Source: Thermoanaerobaculia bacterium (GTDB taxonomy: Bacteria > Acidobacteriota > Thermoanaerobaculia > Multivoradales > Multivoraceae). Taken from it: 64,000 bases of DNA. Made by a program: the position numbers and the translations under genes. The DNA lies in NCBI GenBank assembly GCA_963664405.1, contig OY761158.1:192001-256000 (forward strand), in the 5' to 3' direction. Shown here piece after piece: positions 38,161 through 48,498 of this stretch. The notes under the pieces are model-generated. The model did no database searches. It was not told the origin of the DNA and saw only the letters and a program-made list of their open reading frames with translations. How positions within the stretch are numbered: the stretch's first letter is position 1; each line of letters opens with the position of its first letter.

Positions 38161-40011
38161 TTGACTCAGCCCTCAGCACCTCGCCGCCGCCTCGCGGCAC
38201 TGCTCGTGCTCGCTACGGCTGGCGTCCTGGCACTCTCCTACGGTCCGAGAGTGGGGACCTCGTTTAGCAGCGAAGACTTTCTCATCCTTTCTCACCTCGC
38301 CCGAACCAGCCCTCTCGACGTCTTGATCGAGGGCCTGCGCGCGCCGTGGCTCGGTCTGGACACGGTCGGTTTTTATCGGCCGTTCTCCACCTTCCTGCTC
38401 GCCCTCGAGCTCCACCTGTGGGGGTTGAGGCCGGAACTGTTCCATGCCTCGCATGTCGCGATTCACGGCCTCAACACTCTTCTCTTCGCTCTGCTGCTCT
38501 CGAGGCTCCTTCCCCGCCTTCCCGCCTGGAGCTCGGTCGTCGCCGCCTCGCTCTTCGCCATCCACCCTTTCCACCCGAGCGCGGTCCTATTCACCGGCGC
38601 GTTCGCGACCCTCTTCGGCGCAACCTTTACTCTGCTGGCTCTGCTTTTCTTTGTCGAAGGTCAAAGTGAGACCGGAGGCTTCCGACGACCGCTCTCGGTC
38701 GGACTCTTCGCCGTGGCCCTGGGCTGCTACGAAGCCGCCACTGTGCTACCGATCGTTGTCATGACGGCGGCTGCACTCCTTCCCCACCCCCCTCGCTTTC
38801 GACGCTTGGGCTGGATCGTGAGGAGCTCGTGGCCCTACGTGATCGTGCTGCTTACGTGGCTCGCCCTGAGAGCCTCGGTCCTCGGTGCCATGATCGGAGG
38901 GTACGACTCTTTCCGCCAGAGGTTTGCCGGCCCCGTCCGAGGTCTGGTATCGGATCTCAGCGCGAATGTCGTGCAGATCTTTCATCCCGCGATCGCCGCA
39001 TACAGCCCGAGCCATTACTGGGTCCGGGTGTGGCTAATCACTCTCGCCCTCGCAACCTCGGCGGCTGGCCTTTGGGCTCTTCGTCGCGGCGGGCGCAAGA
39101 GCCTGGACGTCTTCGCCTTCGGCGCCGCATGGGCAGCACTCTCGCTCTCTCCCTTCTCCTTCGTCGGCCTCGTTCCAGCCAATGGGCGCTACGCCTACTT
39201 GGCGGTTGCCGGGCTGTTGATGGCCCTCCTCGCCCTCATCGAAGCCGTCGACCATCAAGGCTCCCGAGCCGTAAGCAGACTCCTTCTCACGCTCTGGCCG
39301 TTGACTCTCGGCGCTATGTGGCTTTCCACCCTGGGTCTCCATCTCCGCGCCTACGAGGATGCGAACGATCAGATCCTTCTGGTCCGCAGCGAGCTCGCTG
39401 CCGTCGCAACGAGCTTCCCTCCAGACGCGACGGTCCTCATCAGTGGGCACCCGGACTTCGTTCATTCGCCGACCGGGGTGCCGCTGGCCAAGGTCTTCCA
39501 GTACGGGCTCGCCGAGTCTGTCTCTCCCCCTTTCGGCCAAGTCTCGGCGACCCTCATCGCTCTTCCTTCCACGGTAGAAGCCCCGACTGCGGAGCTCCTG
39601 AGCCCTCTCCCAAGCACAATGCACTTGAGCTGGGACTCGGCACAGCGGAAGTTTGTGAAGGAGAAGCCGGGTGATCGGCCGACACCGATCCTCCTCTCGC
39701 TAGCCGTTCGAGACGGCAAGATCCGTGTCGGCTGCACTGTGTGCCGAGATCTCACTCTCGTCGTGGCCACTCCGGGGCTGACGCTCATCGAGAGCATCGG
39801 CAGCTCAGGGCTCGATCGCGGCTTCATCCTGCCTTCCCCCCGGTTGCTGGAGGGCGCTTCCAACCCCGACTCGGAATGGGTCCTGTGGTGGATCGAAGAG
39901 AGAGAAGAGAGCAGGATCACCGCCATGAGTGAAGTACGAGAGCTCACTCTCGAGGCGGATCCCCTAGCCGACTTCCTCGCGAGTGCTGCTAGTATTCGCC
40001 CGGCGCAGTGA
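38161..40011 (+). CDS. GT-C fold (TMTC/PMT-like) membrane glycosyltransferase
   Basis: F.SEDF, FYRP, H...V.IH..N, LFAIHP.H, RYAYL. Confidence 0.75.
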   Translation: MTQPSAPRRRLAALLVLATAGVLALSYGPRVGTSFSSEDFLILSHLARTSPLDVLIEGLRAPWLGLDTVGFYRPFSTFLLALELHLWGLRPELFHASHVAIHGLNTLLFALLLSRLLPRLPAWSSVVAASLFAIHPFHPSAVLFTGAFATLFGATFTLLALLFFVEGQSETGGFRRPLSVGLFAVALGCYEAATVLPIVVMTAAALLPHPPRFRRLGWIVRSSWPYVIVLLTWLALRASVLGAMIGGYDSFRQRFAGPVRGLVSDLSANVVQIFHPAIAAYSPSHYWVRVWLITLALATSAAGLWALRRGGRKSLDVFAFGAAWAALSLSPFSFVGLVPANGRYAYLAVAGLLMALLALIEAVDHQGSRAVSRLLLTLWPLTLGAMWLSTLGLHLRAYEDANDQILLVRSELAAVATSFPPDATVLISGHPDFVHSPTGVPLAKVFQYGLAESVSPPFGQVSATLIALPSTVEAPTAELLSPLPSTMHLSWDSAQRKFVKEKPGDRPTPILLSLAVRDGKIRVGCTVCRDLTLVVATPGLTLIESIGSSGLDRGFILPSPRLLEGASNPDSEWVLWWIEEREESRITAMSEVRELTLEADPLADFLASAASIRPAQ

Positions 40012-40028
40012 GGCTGACGGTCCGCACC

Positions 40029-40376
40029 ATGAGTGAAAGCACCGATCACATTTACAAAGTGGTCTTCTACGACCAGGGCAGAATCTGCGAGCTCTACGCC
40101 AAAGAAGTGCTGCAGGGCGGGCTCTACGGATTCATCGAAGTACAGGAGCTCCTCTTCGGTACCAAGACGGAGGTCGTGATCGACCCCGGCGAGGAGCGAT
40201 TGCAGCGAGAGTTCACCGGTGTCAAGCGAGTGCACATCCCGATGCACGCCGTCGTCCGTATCGACGAGGTGGAGCAGGAGGGACCGAGCCGGATGGGTGA
40301 GCAACCGGACAAGGACGGCACCGTCTCACACTTCCCGGCGCCCGTCTACGCTCCCAAAGGGAGTGACGGCGGCTAA
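40029..40376 (+). CDS. DUF1820-like protein
   Basis: IYKVVF..QG...ELYA, DP.EERL..EF.GVKR..IPMHAVVRIDEV. Confidence 0.8.
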   Translation: MSESTDHIYKVVFYDQGRICELYAKEVLQGGLYGFIEVQELLFGTKTEVVIDPGEERLQREFTGVKRVHIPMHAVVRIDEVEQEGPSRMGEQPDKDGTVSHFPAPVYAPKGSDGG

Positions 40377-40399
40377 GAGGTACGACCTCATCTTCCATC

Positions 40400-40882
40400 A
40401 TGTTGGACTCCAGAACGTATCGAGACATCTGGGGCGTCTTTGCGACAGGCGTGACCGTCATCACTACCGACGTCGGCGGTTGGCTGCATGGCATGACGGC
40501 GAACGGTGTCACCTCGGTCTCGGTGGACCCGATGCTGATGCTGGTATGCGTCGACAAGAACGCCCGCTGTCACCCTCAGCTGAGTGAAGCCGGAAGCTTC
40601 GGGGTCAGCTTCCTCGGCGCTGACCAAGAGGAGCTTTCGAATCTCTTTGCCGAGGGCGCCGACCCTGAGGAGGGGGAGCTGCGAGGAGCTCCCTTCCACC
40701 GTGGCGAGCACGGCACACCGATTCTCGACAACGCGATCGCCTATCTGGAATGCGAGCTCAGAGAGATCTTTGCCGGCGGCGACCACGACATCTTCGTCGG
40801 CGAGGCACTCGGCGGAGACTTCCTAGGTGAAGAGATCGAGCCCCTGCTCTTTTTTCGGGGCGGCTACCGACGCATCGGCTAA
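40400..40882 (+). CDS. Flavin reductase family protein
   Basis: FATGVTVIT, GMTAN, SVS.DP, GDHDIFVG, PLLFFRG. Confidence 0.92.
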   Translation: MLDSRTYRDIWGVFATGVTVITTDVGGWLHGMTANGVTSVSVDPMLMLVCVDKNARCHPQLSEAGSFGVSFLGADQEELSNLFAEGADPEEGELRGAPFHRGEHGTPILDNAIAYLECELREIFAGGDHDIFVGEALGGDFLGEEIEPLLFFRGGYRRIG

Positions 40883-40949
40883 GTCGAGGCCAGCCCACCG
40901 CCTGACGTTATACTGGCCTACCATCCAGTTAGCTACAAGGAGAGCCATC

Positions 40950-41459
40950 ATGATTCGTTGCAGCGCACTCGTTTTCGCCGTCGCTATTGCGCCCTTACAA
41001 GCGCAACAGAATCTTCTCAGCTCGGAAGCGCAGCAGGCCTGGGCGCGCACCAAAGCGAAGACCGTCGCTGCAGCCGAAAAGATGCCAGAGGAGCATTACG
41101 CCTTCAAGCCTTCACCCGAGAGCCAGAGCTTCGGAGACTTGGTCGCCCACACTGCTGCCGCCGCGATGCGGACATGCGCATCCGCGACCGGCGGGAAAGG
41201 AGCAGCCCCGGTCGAGGGTAGTGCTTCGAAAGCCGTTCTAGTCGCCGCCCTGGCGAGCGCAGTTGCCGAGTGCGACAAGGCCAACGGCGCAATGACCGAC
41301 GCCAACGCTACGGACATGATCGAAGGCCGGCGGGCGGCGCGCTCGCGCCTGGGAACGCTTTACGGGAATACGGTCCACATCGAGCACGAGTACGCGCAGA
41401 TGGCTGTGCACATGCGCCTAAAGGGCCTTGTTCCGCCTTCGACTGCACGGCGCCGTTGA
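40950..41459 (+). CDS. Secreted DinB-family protein
   Basis: Signal peptide; AAEKMPEE.Y.FKP; Y.QM.VHMRLKGLVPPS; TATACT at 40909 and SD AAGGAG. Confidence 0.8.
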   Translation: MIRCSALVFAVAIAPLQAQQNLLSSEAQQAWARTKAKTVAAAEKMPEEHYAFKPSPESQSFGDLVAHTAAAAMRTCASATGGKGAAPVEGSASKAVLVAALASAVAECDKANGAMTDANATDMIEGRRAARSRLGTLYGNTVHIEHEYAQMAVHMRLKGLVPPSTARRR

Positions 41460-41495
41460 GCTGATGCAGACGGCAGCCCCGAGCGTGTCAGGCAG

Positions 41496-41586
41496 CTAGG
41501 AGCGTGTCCGAGAACTCGGACAGGCGAGTAGTTCTTAGGGGGGGATGGGCCGGAGAACGGGCCGCAGGCCCGTTTTCCGGGGCTAG
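41496..41586 (+). mobile_element. Repeat family B copy 2 (91 bp)
   Basis: 89/91 identical to the reverse complement of 29772-29862; terminal CTAG supplies the STAS gene stop. Confidence 0.85.
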
Positions 41587-41924
41587 GCTTCGAAGGCTTC
41601 GAGCGCTTCCTCTTCGTTGTCGTAGATATCGAAGAGCGGAAGCATCTGGCCGATTCTGAGGGTGTGCTGTACTCGGTCAGGCCCCCTCAGAATCTTGAGT
41701 TTCGCGCCAAGCTCGTTGGCGACTCGCAGGCCGGCGACGAGCTCGCCGGCGCCTGAGCTGTCGATGGACGTCAGTTGCGAGAGATCCAGAAGGATCCCCT
41801 TACGCTGGTCCGCCAGCAGGCCGTCGATGAGCTGACGTAGCTCCTCGTCCCCTACTCCGGCACCGAGCCTTCCCTTCAAGGCGGCGACTACTACTTCGCC
41901 GCGCTCACGGATGTCTATCTCCAC
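41583..41924 (-). CDS. STAS anti-sigma factor antagonist
   Basis: LDLS....IDSSG.GELV; FDIYD.EEEAL. Confidence 0.9.
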   Translation of the reverse strand: MEIDIRERGEVVVAALKGRLGAGVGDEELRQLIDGLLADQRKGILLDLSQLTSIDSSGAGELVAGLRVANELGAKLKILRGPDRVQHTLRIGQMLPLFDIYDNEEEALEAFEA

Positions 41925-41927
41925 GAT

Positions 41928-43169
41928 TCAATCACTCCTTTTCTCGACGCCAGCCAGAATAGCTCTATGCGCTCGCAGTCGCAGGCCGTTGATACGTATG
42001 AACCCTTGGGCATCGGTCTGATCATAGCCGCCCTCTACATCCATCGACGACAGATCTCGATCGTAGAGCGAGCTTGGCGACTCGCGGCCAAGAGTCGTGA
42101 TGCCGCCCTTGTAGAGGCGCAGAAGTACCCGACCATCGACGAGCTGCTCGGCCTGGTGAAAGGCGGCGCGGATGAAATCCATCTCCGGGCTGAACCAAAA
42201 ACCGTTGTAAATGAGCTGGGTGAACTTGGGAGACAGGCTGTCCCGCATGCGCAGAACTTCTCTGTCCATGGCGATGCCTTCGAGATCGCGAAGGGCATGG
42301 AAGAGAATCGTGCCGCCAGGCGTCTCGTATACCCCACGCGACTTGATGCCGACAAAGCGATTCTCGACAATATCGATGCGGCCGATCCCGTGCATGCCAC
42401 CGAGGCGATTGAGCTCGAGGAAGAGCTCCAGCGGCTCGGTGACCGTCACCCCCTCGCCGCGTACGACCAACGAGGTCGGTCTCGCGTCCTTGAAATGCAC
42501 CTCGATGTCGATGGGCTCGTCGGGGGCATCGAGGGGAGAAGTAGTGAGATCGAACATATCGTCCGGAGGCGTGCGAAGTGGATCTTCGAGCAGCCCAGCC
42601 TCATAGCTCTTGTGCATGAGATTCTCATCCGTGCTGTAAGGCTTTTCCACACTCACGTCCATGTCGAGCCCGCGCTCCTCGGCGTAGCGAAGAAGATCGC
42701 TCCGGCCCGCGAAGCGAGCAAGAAAATCAGGATCCTTCCACGGTGCGAAGACTCCGAGCTGCGGCCCCAGTGCCGCATACGCGAGCTCGAAACGAACCTG
42801 GTCGTTGCCCTTTCCGGTGGCCCCGTGAGAGAGAACACTCGCACCTTCCGCGACCGCGATCTCGACCTGCCGCCGCGCAATCAGCGGGCGTGCCAGGGAG
42901 GTGCCGAGCAGATAACGGCTCTCGTAGATCGCATTGCCGGCAAGAGAAGGGAATACGAATTCGGTGACAAAGCTCTCGCGAAGATCCTCGACATAGACCT
43001 CCGTGGCCCCGGTGCTGCGCGCACGGCTCTCGACCAGATCGAAGTCCTCGTTCTGGCCCAGATTCGCGACATAGGCTACGACCTCGTAACCTTGCTCTTC
43101 GAGGTACTTCAGAATGCAGGAGGTATCGAGCCCTCCACTGTAGGCGAGAACCACTTTCTTGGCTGACAT
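41928..43169 (-). CDS. argG: Argininosuccinate synthase
   Basis: [34 protein letters not shown]. Confidence 0.97.
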   Translation of the reverse strand: MSAKKVVLAYSGGLDTSCILKYLEEQGYEVVAYVANLGQNEDFDLVESRARSTGATEVYVEDLRESFVTEFVFPSLAGNAIYESRYLLGTSLARPLIARRQVEIAVAEGASVLSHGATGKGNDQVRFELAYAALGPQLGVFAPWKDPDFLARFAGRSDLLRYAEERGLDMDVSVEKPYSTDENLMHKSYEAGLLEDPLRTPPDDMFDLTTSPLDAPDEPIDIEVHFKDARPTSLVVRGEGVTVTEPLELFLELNRLGGMHGIGRIDIVENRFVGIKSRGVYETPGGTILFHALRDLEGIAMDREVLRMRDSLSPKFTQLIYNGFWFSPEMDFIRAAFHQAEQLVDGRVLLRLYKGGITTLGRESPSSLYDRDLSSMDVEGGYDQTDAQGFIRINGLRLRAHRAILAGVEKRSD

Positions 43170-43288
43170 GGAAATGCTTCCTCGTCTGTGACGTCGCGCG
43201 GCTCAAAGCGACGCGAAGGGGCCGAAATTTAGCACAGGAGATGACGCTTCGTCCGCTCTGGGCGGGCGCCGCCTGCCCTAGAGAGGCC

Positions 43289-44641
43289 CTACTCGCGTTC
43301 GACGCGCCGGATCTCCCCGCCGAAGCGCACTCGGATGCGAGCAAGGAAGAGGAGGGCGACGATCGCAAGGCCCAGAGTGAGCCCCCACCACAGTCCCTCC
43401 GGTCCCCAGCCGACTCGAAAGGCCAGCCAGAGTCCTGTGGGAAGGCCAATGATCCAATAGCCAACCAGCGCGATCATCGCCGGAACGCGGGTATCTGCGG
43501 TACCGCGCAGAATGCCGGCTCCGACGACCTGGGCCCCGTCAGCGAGTTGAAAGGCGGCGGCGATCGGGAGCAGGAGCGCGGCCATCCCGACCACCTCCGG
43601 ATCGGCCGTAAACAATCGACTCAGAAAGGTTGGGAATGCGGCGAAGAGCGAACCGAAGCAAGCCATGACCGCGCTACCGAGGCACAGGCCTACCACCGCG
43701 GCGCGCCCAGCTGCCGCCTGGTCCGACCGCCCGATCGCATTTCCGACCCGCGTCGACGCCGCGGCAGAGAGGCCTAGCGGGATCATGAACGACAGACCCG
43801 CCAGATTGAGAGCGATCTGATGGCCCGCCAGCTCTCGCGACCCTATCGAGCCCATCACCACCGCAACGGTCGAGAAGACCCAGCCCTCGAGAGAGATCTG
43901 CAGGCCGATGGGTACACCCAGGGCGAGAAGGCCGCGGAAGGAGCGCCACTGAAAGAGTGCCGAAACGCGGTGGAGATAGGGCCGCAGAGCGGGAAACGAA
44001 AACCCGAAAAGAGAGAGAACCATCACCCATCGGGAGAGGGAGGTGGCAATCGCAGAGCCCCCTACTTCGAGTCGAGGGAACCCAAGGTTGCCGAATATCA
44101 GTGCGTAGTTGGCAACGACATTCACGACATTGCCCAGAATGATCGCCAAGAACGCCGGCCACACGATGTGCATCGCCTGCAGGCTCTGTCGGAAAGCGAC
44201 AAAGAGAAAGAAGGCCGCATTGCCGGGAACAAGAAATCGTAGGTAAGTGGCGGCCTCAGAAAGATGAGGCTCTCTCTGGCCGAGGAGTAGCAGCACCGGA
44301 TCCGTGCGCCACATGATCAGCGAGACCGGAACGCTGGCGAGAACAGCAACCACCAGGCCACGCTGAAGATGCCCAGCGATACGGGAGTGCTCACCTGCAC
44401 CAAAGGCCTGCGACACCAGCGGCCCCAGCCCCATTAGGATCCCCATCGGGAGCATCAGAAGGCCGAAGCTCACCGAGTTCCCGAGACCACCCGCGGCAAG
44501 AGCGGTGGCGCTCACCCGGCCGAGCATCATCGTGTCGACGGTGCCCATCAGCATCATCCCGAGCTGCGCACCGACAACCGGGCCGGCGAGAGCAAGGAGT
44601 CCGCGGGCCTCCAGGCGCCACTCTTTCGTATCAAATGCCAT
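43289..44641 (-). CDS. MATE efflux transporter (NorM-like)
   Basis: VDTMMLGR, GHQIALN, RVGNAIG, FQLADG.Q...GILRG..D. Confidence 0.93.
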   Translation of the reverse strand: MAFDTKEWRLEARGLLALAGPVVGAQLGMMLMGTVDTMMLGRVSATALAAGGLGNSVSFGLLMLPMGILMGLGPLVSQAFGAGEHSRIAGHLQRGLVVAVLASVPVSLIMWRTDPVLLLLGQREPHLSEAATYLRFLVPGNAAFFLFVAFRQSLQAMHIVWPAFLAIILGNVVNVVANYALIFGNLGFPRLEVGGSAIATSLSRWVMVLSLFGFSFPALRPYLHRVSALFQWRSFRGLLALGVPIGLQISLEGWVFSTVAVVMGSIGSRELAGHQIALNLAGLSFMIPLGLSAAASTRVGNAIGRSDQAAAGRAAVVGLCLGSAVMACFGSLFAAFPTFLSRLFTADPEVVGMAALLLPIAAAFQLADGAQVVGAGILRGTADTRVPAMIALVGYWIIGLPTGLWLAFRVGWGPEGLWWGLTLGLAIVALLFLARIRVRFGGEIRRVERE

Positions 44642-44740
44642 CGCTGGTCGGGCTATTGTAGGCTTGCCGTCTTATGTTCGGCACCAAACCGGCTCACTGA
44701 GAGTGAGCGCGCGAAACTCGAAGAGCTCGCTCTAGGAACG

Positions 44741-45721
44741 ATGCTGGGCTACATCCTCAGGCGAGCCGGCTCCGGCGTCATCACTCTCTTCGGCATCACG
44801 GTCGTCTCCTTCGGCATAATCCAACTGGCGCCCGGCGACCCGGCTCAGCTGCAAACCTCCCAGATCGCCGACGCAGCGGTTTCGCAGCGTGTCTACGAGC
44901 AACTGCGCGAGCTCTACGGTCTCGACCGCCCCCTCTACGAGCAATACGCCAGGTGGCTGGGACGCCTGGCTCAAGGCGACCTCGGCAGCTCTTTCCACGA
45001 CGGGCGCAGAGTAAGTAGAAAGATCGGTGAAGCGCTGTGGCCGACACTCTCAGTGGCTCTCATCTCACTCTTCGGCACCCTTCTGATCGCAGTCCCTATC
45101 GGCATCTTCAGCGCGGTTAGACAGGGTGGCCCGTTCGACCGGGTCTCGAGCACCGTGCTCTACATGCTTTATTCGATCCCGAGCTACGTCATGGGAATGC
45201 TCCTGATTCTCTATTTCGGCGTCAAGCTCGATCTCTTACCCTTTCGCGGCATGCGCTCGGACGACTTCAACGAGCTCGGCGCCGTAGGCCAGTTCTGGGA
45301 CCTCGCGAAGCACTATGTGATGATCACCTTCTGCTACACCTTCGGCAATCTCGCCTATTGGTCGCGCTTCGTTCGTCAGAATCTGCTCGAGGTCATCCGC
45401 CAGGACTATGTTCGCACCGCCAGGGCCAAGGGCCTCGAGGAGCGGGTGGTGATTCTCCGCCACGCCTTCCGCAACAGCCTCATCCCGCTCATCTCGCTGA
45501 TCGGCCTGACCTTTCCTTTCGTCCTCAGCGGCAGCGTGATCCTCGAGTACATGTTCAACTGGCCCGGCCTCGGTCGCCTCTACTTCGAGTCGGTACTCGC
45601 ACGCGACTACCCCACCATCATGGCGTTGAACTTCATCACCGCGATCATGGTGCTCGCCGCTACATTTATCGCCGACATGGCCTATGGCCTCGTCGACCCC
45701 AGAGTGTCTTATGAGCGCTAA
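44741..45721 (+). CDS. Peptide/nickel ABC permease (OppB/DppB)
   Basis: PGDP, GLDRP, DYVRTARAKGL, FNWPGLG, DPR. Confidence 0.93.
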   Translation: MLGYILRRAGSGVITLFGITVVSFGIIQLAPGDPAQLQTSQIADAAVSQRVYEQLRELYGLDRPLYEQYARWLGRLAQGDLGSSFHDGRRVSRKIGEALWPTLSVALISLFGTLLIAVPIGIFSAVRQGGPFDRVSSTVLYMLYSIPSYVMGMLLILYFGVKLDLLPFRGMRSDDFNELGAVGQFWDLAKHYVMITFCYTFGNLAYWSRFVRQNLLEVIRQDYVRTARAKGLEERVVILRHAFRNSLIPLISLIGLTFPFVLSGSVILEYMFNWPGLGRLYFESVLARDYPTIMALNFITAIMVLAATFIADMAYGLVDPRVSYER

Positions 45722-46763
45722 GGACCCCAGCCCAGGCTATTGGCGTTCGGCGGGGCGACGCTTTCGCAAGTCGAAGCTCGGCATGGTGGGCCTGATCACC
45801 GTTCTGATCTTGATCACGGTGGCGCTGCTCGCTCCTCTCCTCGCCAATGAGCAGCCGATCATGTGCCGCTACGAGGACGAGCTTTTCTTCCCTGCCATCG
45901 TCGACGCGGTGCACAACATCCCTCTCACTCGCTTCGTGATCAGGAAAGACCGACCTTTTCGACTCGCGACCTTCGACTTCAAGGCAGAGTTCGACCCGCA
46001 GCGTGGCGACTGGGCCCTATGGACACCCATCCCCTTCGGTCCACGAGAGATCGTCTCGGAGCCCCTCGCGGGTCCGTCGTCGACGCACTGGCTGGGAACA
46101 GACCAGTCGGGGCGCGACGTGCTTTCGCGCATGATCCACGGCACCAGCGTCTCGATGCGGGTCGGATTCATCTCGATGGGGATCGCCGTTGTGATCGGCC
46201 TCGTGCTTGGCTCGATCGCCGGTTATGCCGGTCGCTGGCCCGACATGCTGATCTCTCGCTTTATCGAGGTCGTCATGTGTTTTCCCTCCTTCTTCCTCAT
46301 CCTTGCGGTGCTGGCGTGGTTCCCGCCGCGGATCGAGAACGTGATGATCGTCATCGGACTGACCCGATGGGTCGGCATCGCCCGTTTTGCCCGCGGAGAG
46401 ATCCTCCGTATCCGCGAGACCGACTACGCGGCCGCGGCCGCATCGCTGGGCTTCTCGGCTCCCCGAATCATCTTCCGTCACCTCCTTCCCAACGCCATGG
46501 CGCCGGTAATGGTCAGCGTGACGTTTGGTATAGCGGTGGCAATTCTGGTTGAAGCCGGACTCTCCTGGCTCGGCTTCGGTGTCCAGCCGCCAAACCCCTC
46601 CTGGGGCACCATCTTGCGGTCGGGATACGAGAACCTCTTTACCTCGCCGCATATGATTCCGCCGGCCTGTATTGCGATCTTCCTCGCCGTTCTCTCCTTC
46701 AACCTGGTGGGCGACGCGCTTCGCGACGTCATCGACCCACGACTGCAGCAGACTCGCGACTGA
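45711..46763 (+). CDS. Peptide/nickel ABC permease (OppC/DppC)
   Basis: HWLGTD..GRD, RHLLPN, EAGLSWLGFG..PP.PSWG, GDALRD..DPR. Confidence 0.93.
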   Translation: MSAKDPSPGYWRSAGRRFRKSKLGMVGLITVLILITVALLAPLLANEQPIMCRYEDELFFPAIVDAVHNIPLTRFVIRKDRPFRLATFDFKAEFDPQRGDWALWTPIPFGPREIVSEPLAGPSSTHWLGTDQSGRDVLSRMIHGTSVSMRVGFISMGIAVVIGLVLGSIAGYAGRWPDMLISRFIEVVMCFPSFFLILAVLAWFPPRIENVMIVIGLTRWVGIARFARGEILRIRETDYAAAAASLGFSAPRIIFRHLLPNAMAPVMVSVTFGIAVAILVEAGLSWLGFGVQPPNPSWGTILRSGYENLFTSPHMIPPACIAIFLAVLSFNLVGDALRDVIDPRLQQTRD

Positions 46764-46783
46764 AGAAGGCCCGGTGGCGCGGC

Positions 46784-47479
46784 CTAGCTCTTGGAGGGGG
46801 CTTTGGAGGGGGCTTCGGAGGCGGCCTCGAAGGCGCTGACCAGATCGGCCAGAAGCTCCTCATCCGAGTGAATCAGGGGATCCTCGAAAGCTTCGACCAT
46901 TCCCTTCATGGTGAGCACACCTAGAACGGCCATGTGCGCCAAGAACGCGAGCCGACGCATCTGCGATCGCTCCTCTTCTGTCGTCTCTCCCCCGTCGCTC
47001 TCCAACTTGCGCTGTACGCTGCCGTAAATGAGGTCGTTGATCGGTCTGACGGCTTCGAGCATCTCCGAAGTGGGATGCACCGTCTCGGGGCCGGCAACCT
47101 GTTGGTAGAGATAGGCCAGCCTGAAGGCGTCCAAGCGCCCCTGATAGTGCTCGAAGGAGGTCTCGATCAGAGTGCGAAGGGCGGCTTTCCCGCTCGCGGC
47201 CGGCTCGACGGCCTTAGCGATCCTCTCGGCCTCGCTGCGCAGCTCGCTGTGAACGGCTTCGAAGAGCAATGCATCCTTCGACGGGAAGTAGTAGTAAAGC
47301 GCTGCCTTGGTCAGCTCTAGCTCTTGTGCCACCGCGTCGAGAGTAAAGCCCGATGTGCCCTCGCGGGTCAGGATGGTCCGGGTAGCCTCGAGGATCTCGT
47401 TTCGCACCTGCGCCCGCCGACGCTCTCGCCGGGCGACCCTGAGGTCCTGCTTTCTATTTTCCTTTCCAATTTGACTCAT
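46784..47479 (-). CDS. TetR-family regulator
   Basis: TLDAVA.EL.LTKAALYYYFPSKDAL HTH. Confidence 0.92.
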   Translation of the reverse strand: MSQIGKENRKQDLRVARRERRRAQVRNEILEATRTILTREGTSGFTLDAVAQELELTKAALYYYFPSKDALLFEAVHSELRSEAERIAKAVEPAASGKAALRTLIETSFEHYQGRLDAFRLAYLYQQVAGPETVHPTSEMLEAVRPINDLIYGSVQRKLESDGGETTEEERSQMRRLAFLAHMAVLGVLTMKGMVEAFEDPLIHSDEELLADLVSAFEAASEAPSKAPSKS

Positions 47480-47512
47480 GATAGAGAAATTCTATCATCA
47501 GTTGAATTTTCT
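47478..47512. promoter_or_regulatory. Candidate TetR operator overlapping divergent promoters
   Basis: ATGATAGA-N5-TCTATCAT palindrome at 47478-47498; TAGAAT on minus strand; AT-rich. Confidence 0.6.
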
Positions 47513-47550
47513 GCTATGGTTCACAAGCTGCAAACAACAAGGAGCCGGGA

Positions 47551-48303
47551 ATGACCAAGACCCAGCAGACAGATCCAATTCGGTTGTTCGTCGTCGGAGA
47601 CGGATGGGGCATACCCTTCGTGACGGCTGCCCCCTTCCCGCTCAAAGTGGCGACCTGGTTGCGGATGACAGGCCTGAAGCACGACATCGTCATCGAAAAC
47701 AACCCCGGCAAAGGACCCAAGGGCAAGACCCCCTGGATCGAAGACGGCAACGTCCGCATGGGCGACAGCGAGCTCATCATCCGCTACCTCACTCAAAAGT
47801 ATGAGGTCGACCCGGATGCCCATCTCTCCCCCGGTGAACGCGCCCTCTCCTTAGCATGGCACCGCACTTTCGAGGAGCATTACCACCAGGCCTTCGAGCA
47901 TCAGCTCTTTCTCGGTCGCGGAGGCGCCGACCGGCTACGCGAGTTCGGTTCCTCGCTGCCGCCTGTCGCACGAACGATCGTTCCGGTCTTGTTCGGCTCG
48001 CACCTGAAGAAGCAGCTCCATGCACGGGGCGTCGCCCGCCATGACGAGTCCGAGATCATCGCCATGGGCCGAGCGGACCTGGATGCCGCTTCCACGTTTC
48101 TCGGCGACCGCCCCTATTTCCTCGGCGACGCTCCTTCAGGTGTAGACGCCTGCGCCTTCGGATTCCTCGGCGTCAGTATCTATGTCGAAGGAGACAATCC
48201 TCTGTTTCGCCACGCCGCGTCGTTGAATAACCTGTCAGCGTACTGCGAGCGCATGCGGGAGCGCTACTTTCCCGAGACAACGCGTGCCGACGCGGCAGCC
48301 TAG
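47551..48303 (+). CDS. GST-like protein (metaxin/FAX-like)
   Basis: PKGK.PWI, DSE.I, LGD.PYFLGD.P...DA..FG.L. Confidence 0.85.
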   Translation: MTKTQQTDPIRLFVVGDGWGIPFVTAAPFPLKVATWLRMTGLKHDIVIENNPGKGPKGKTPWIEDGNVRMGDSELIIRYLTQKYEVDPDAHLSPGERALSLAWHRTFEEHYHQAFEHQLFLGRGGADRLREFGSSLPPVARTIVPVLFGSHLKKQLHARGVARHDESEIIAMGRADLDAASTFLGDRPYFLGDAPSGVDACAFGFLGVSIYVEGDNPLFRHAASLNNLSAYCERMRERYFPETTRADAAA

Positions 48304-48319
48304 CGTCATCTCGGGCCGC

Positions 48320-48498
48320 CTGGACCAGCGTTTCCAAAGTTCGTGTTGCATAGCTCGAGGTCATTCTGTTCGCTGGCCAGGCGCGCCGACGCAGGCATAT
48401 TGGGCAATATGTCGAGGAGCGCGGGGGCGCCTAGCCAACGCCGCCAGCGGGCAGAAGGGGCCGAGATATGTGCGCGAGCTTTGGAAACGCTGGTCTAG
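48320..48498. mobile_element. MITE-like palindromic element, family A copy 2 (179 bp)
   Basis: Near-identical to 23218-23383 with a 13-bp longer internal segment; terminal CTAG is the hemF stop. Confidence 0.85.

Noticed and set aside
41967-43166. 399-aa ORF antisense to argG
   Set aside because: Codon-register mirror of a conserved gene, typical at high GC.
43256-43283. GC hairpin after the MATE gene as a terminator
   Set aside because: No U-tract, and pairing is weaker on the transcribed minus strand.
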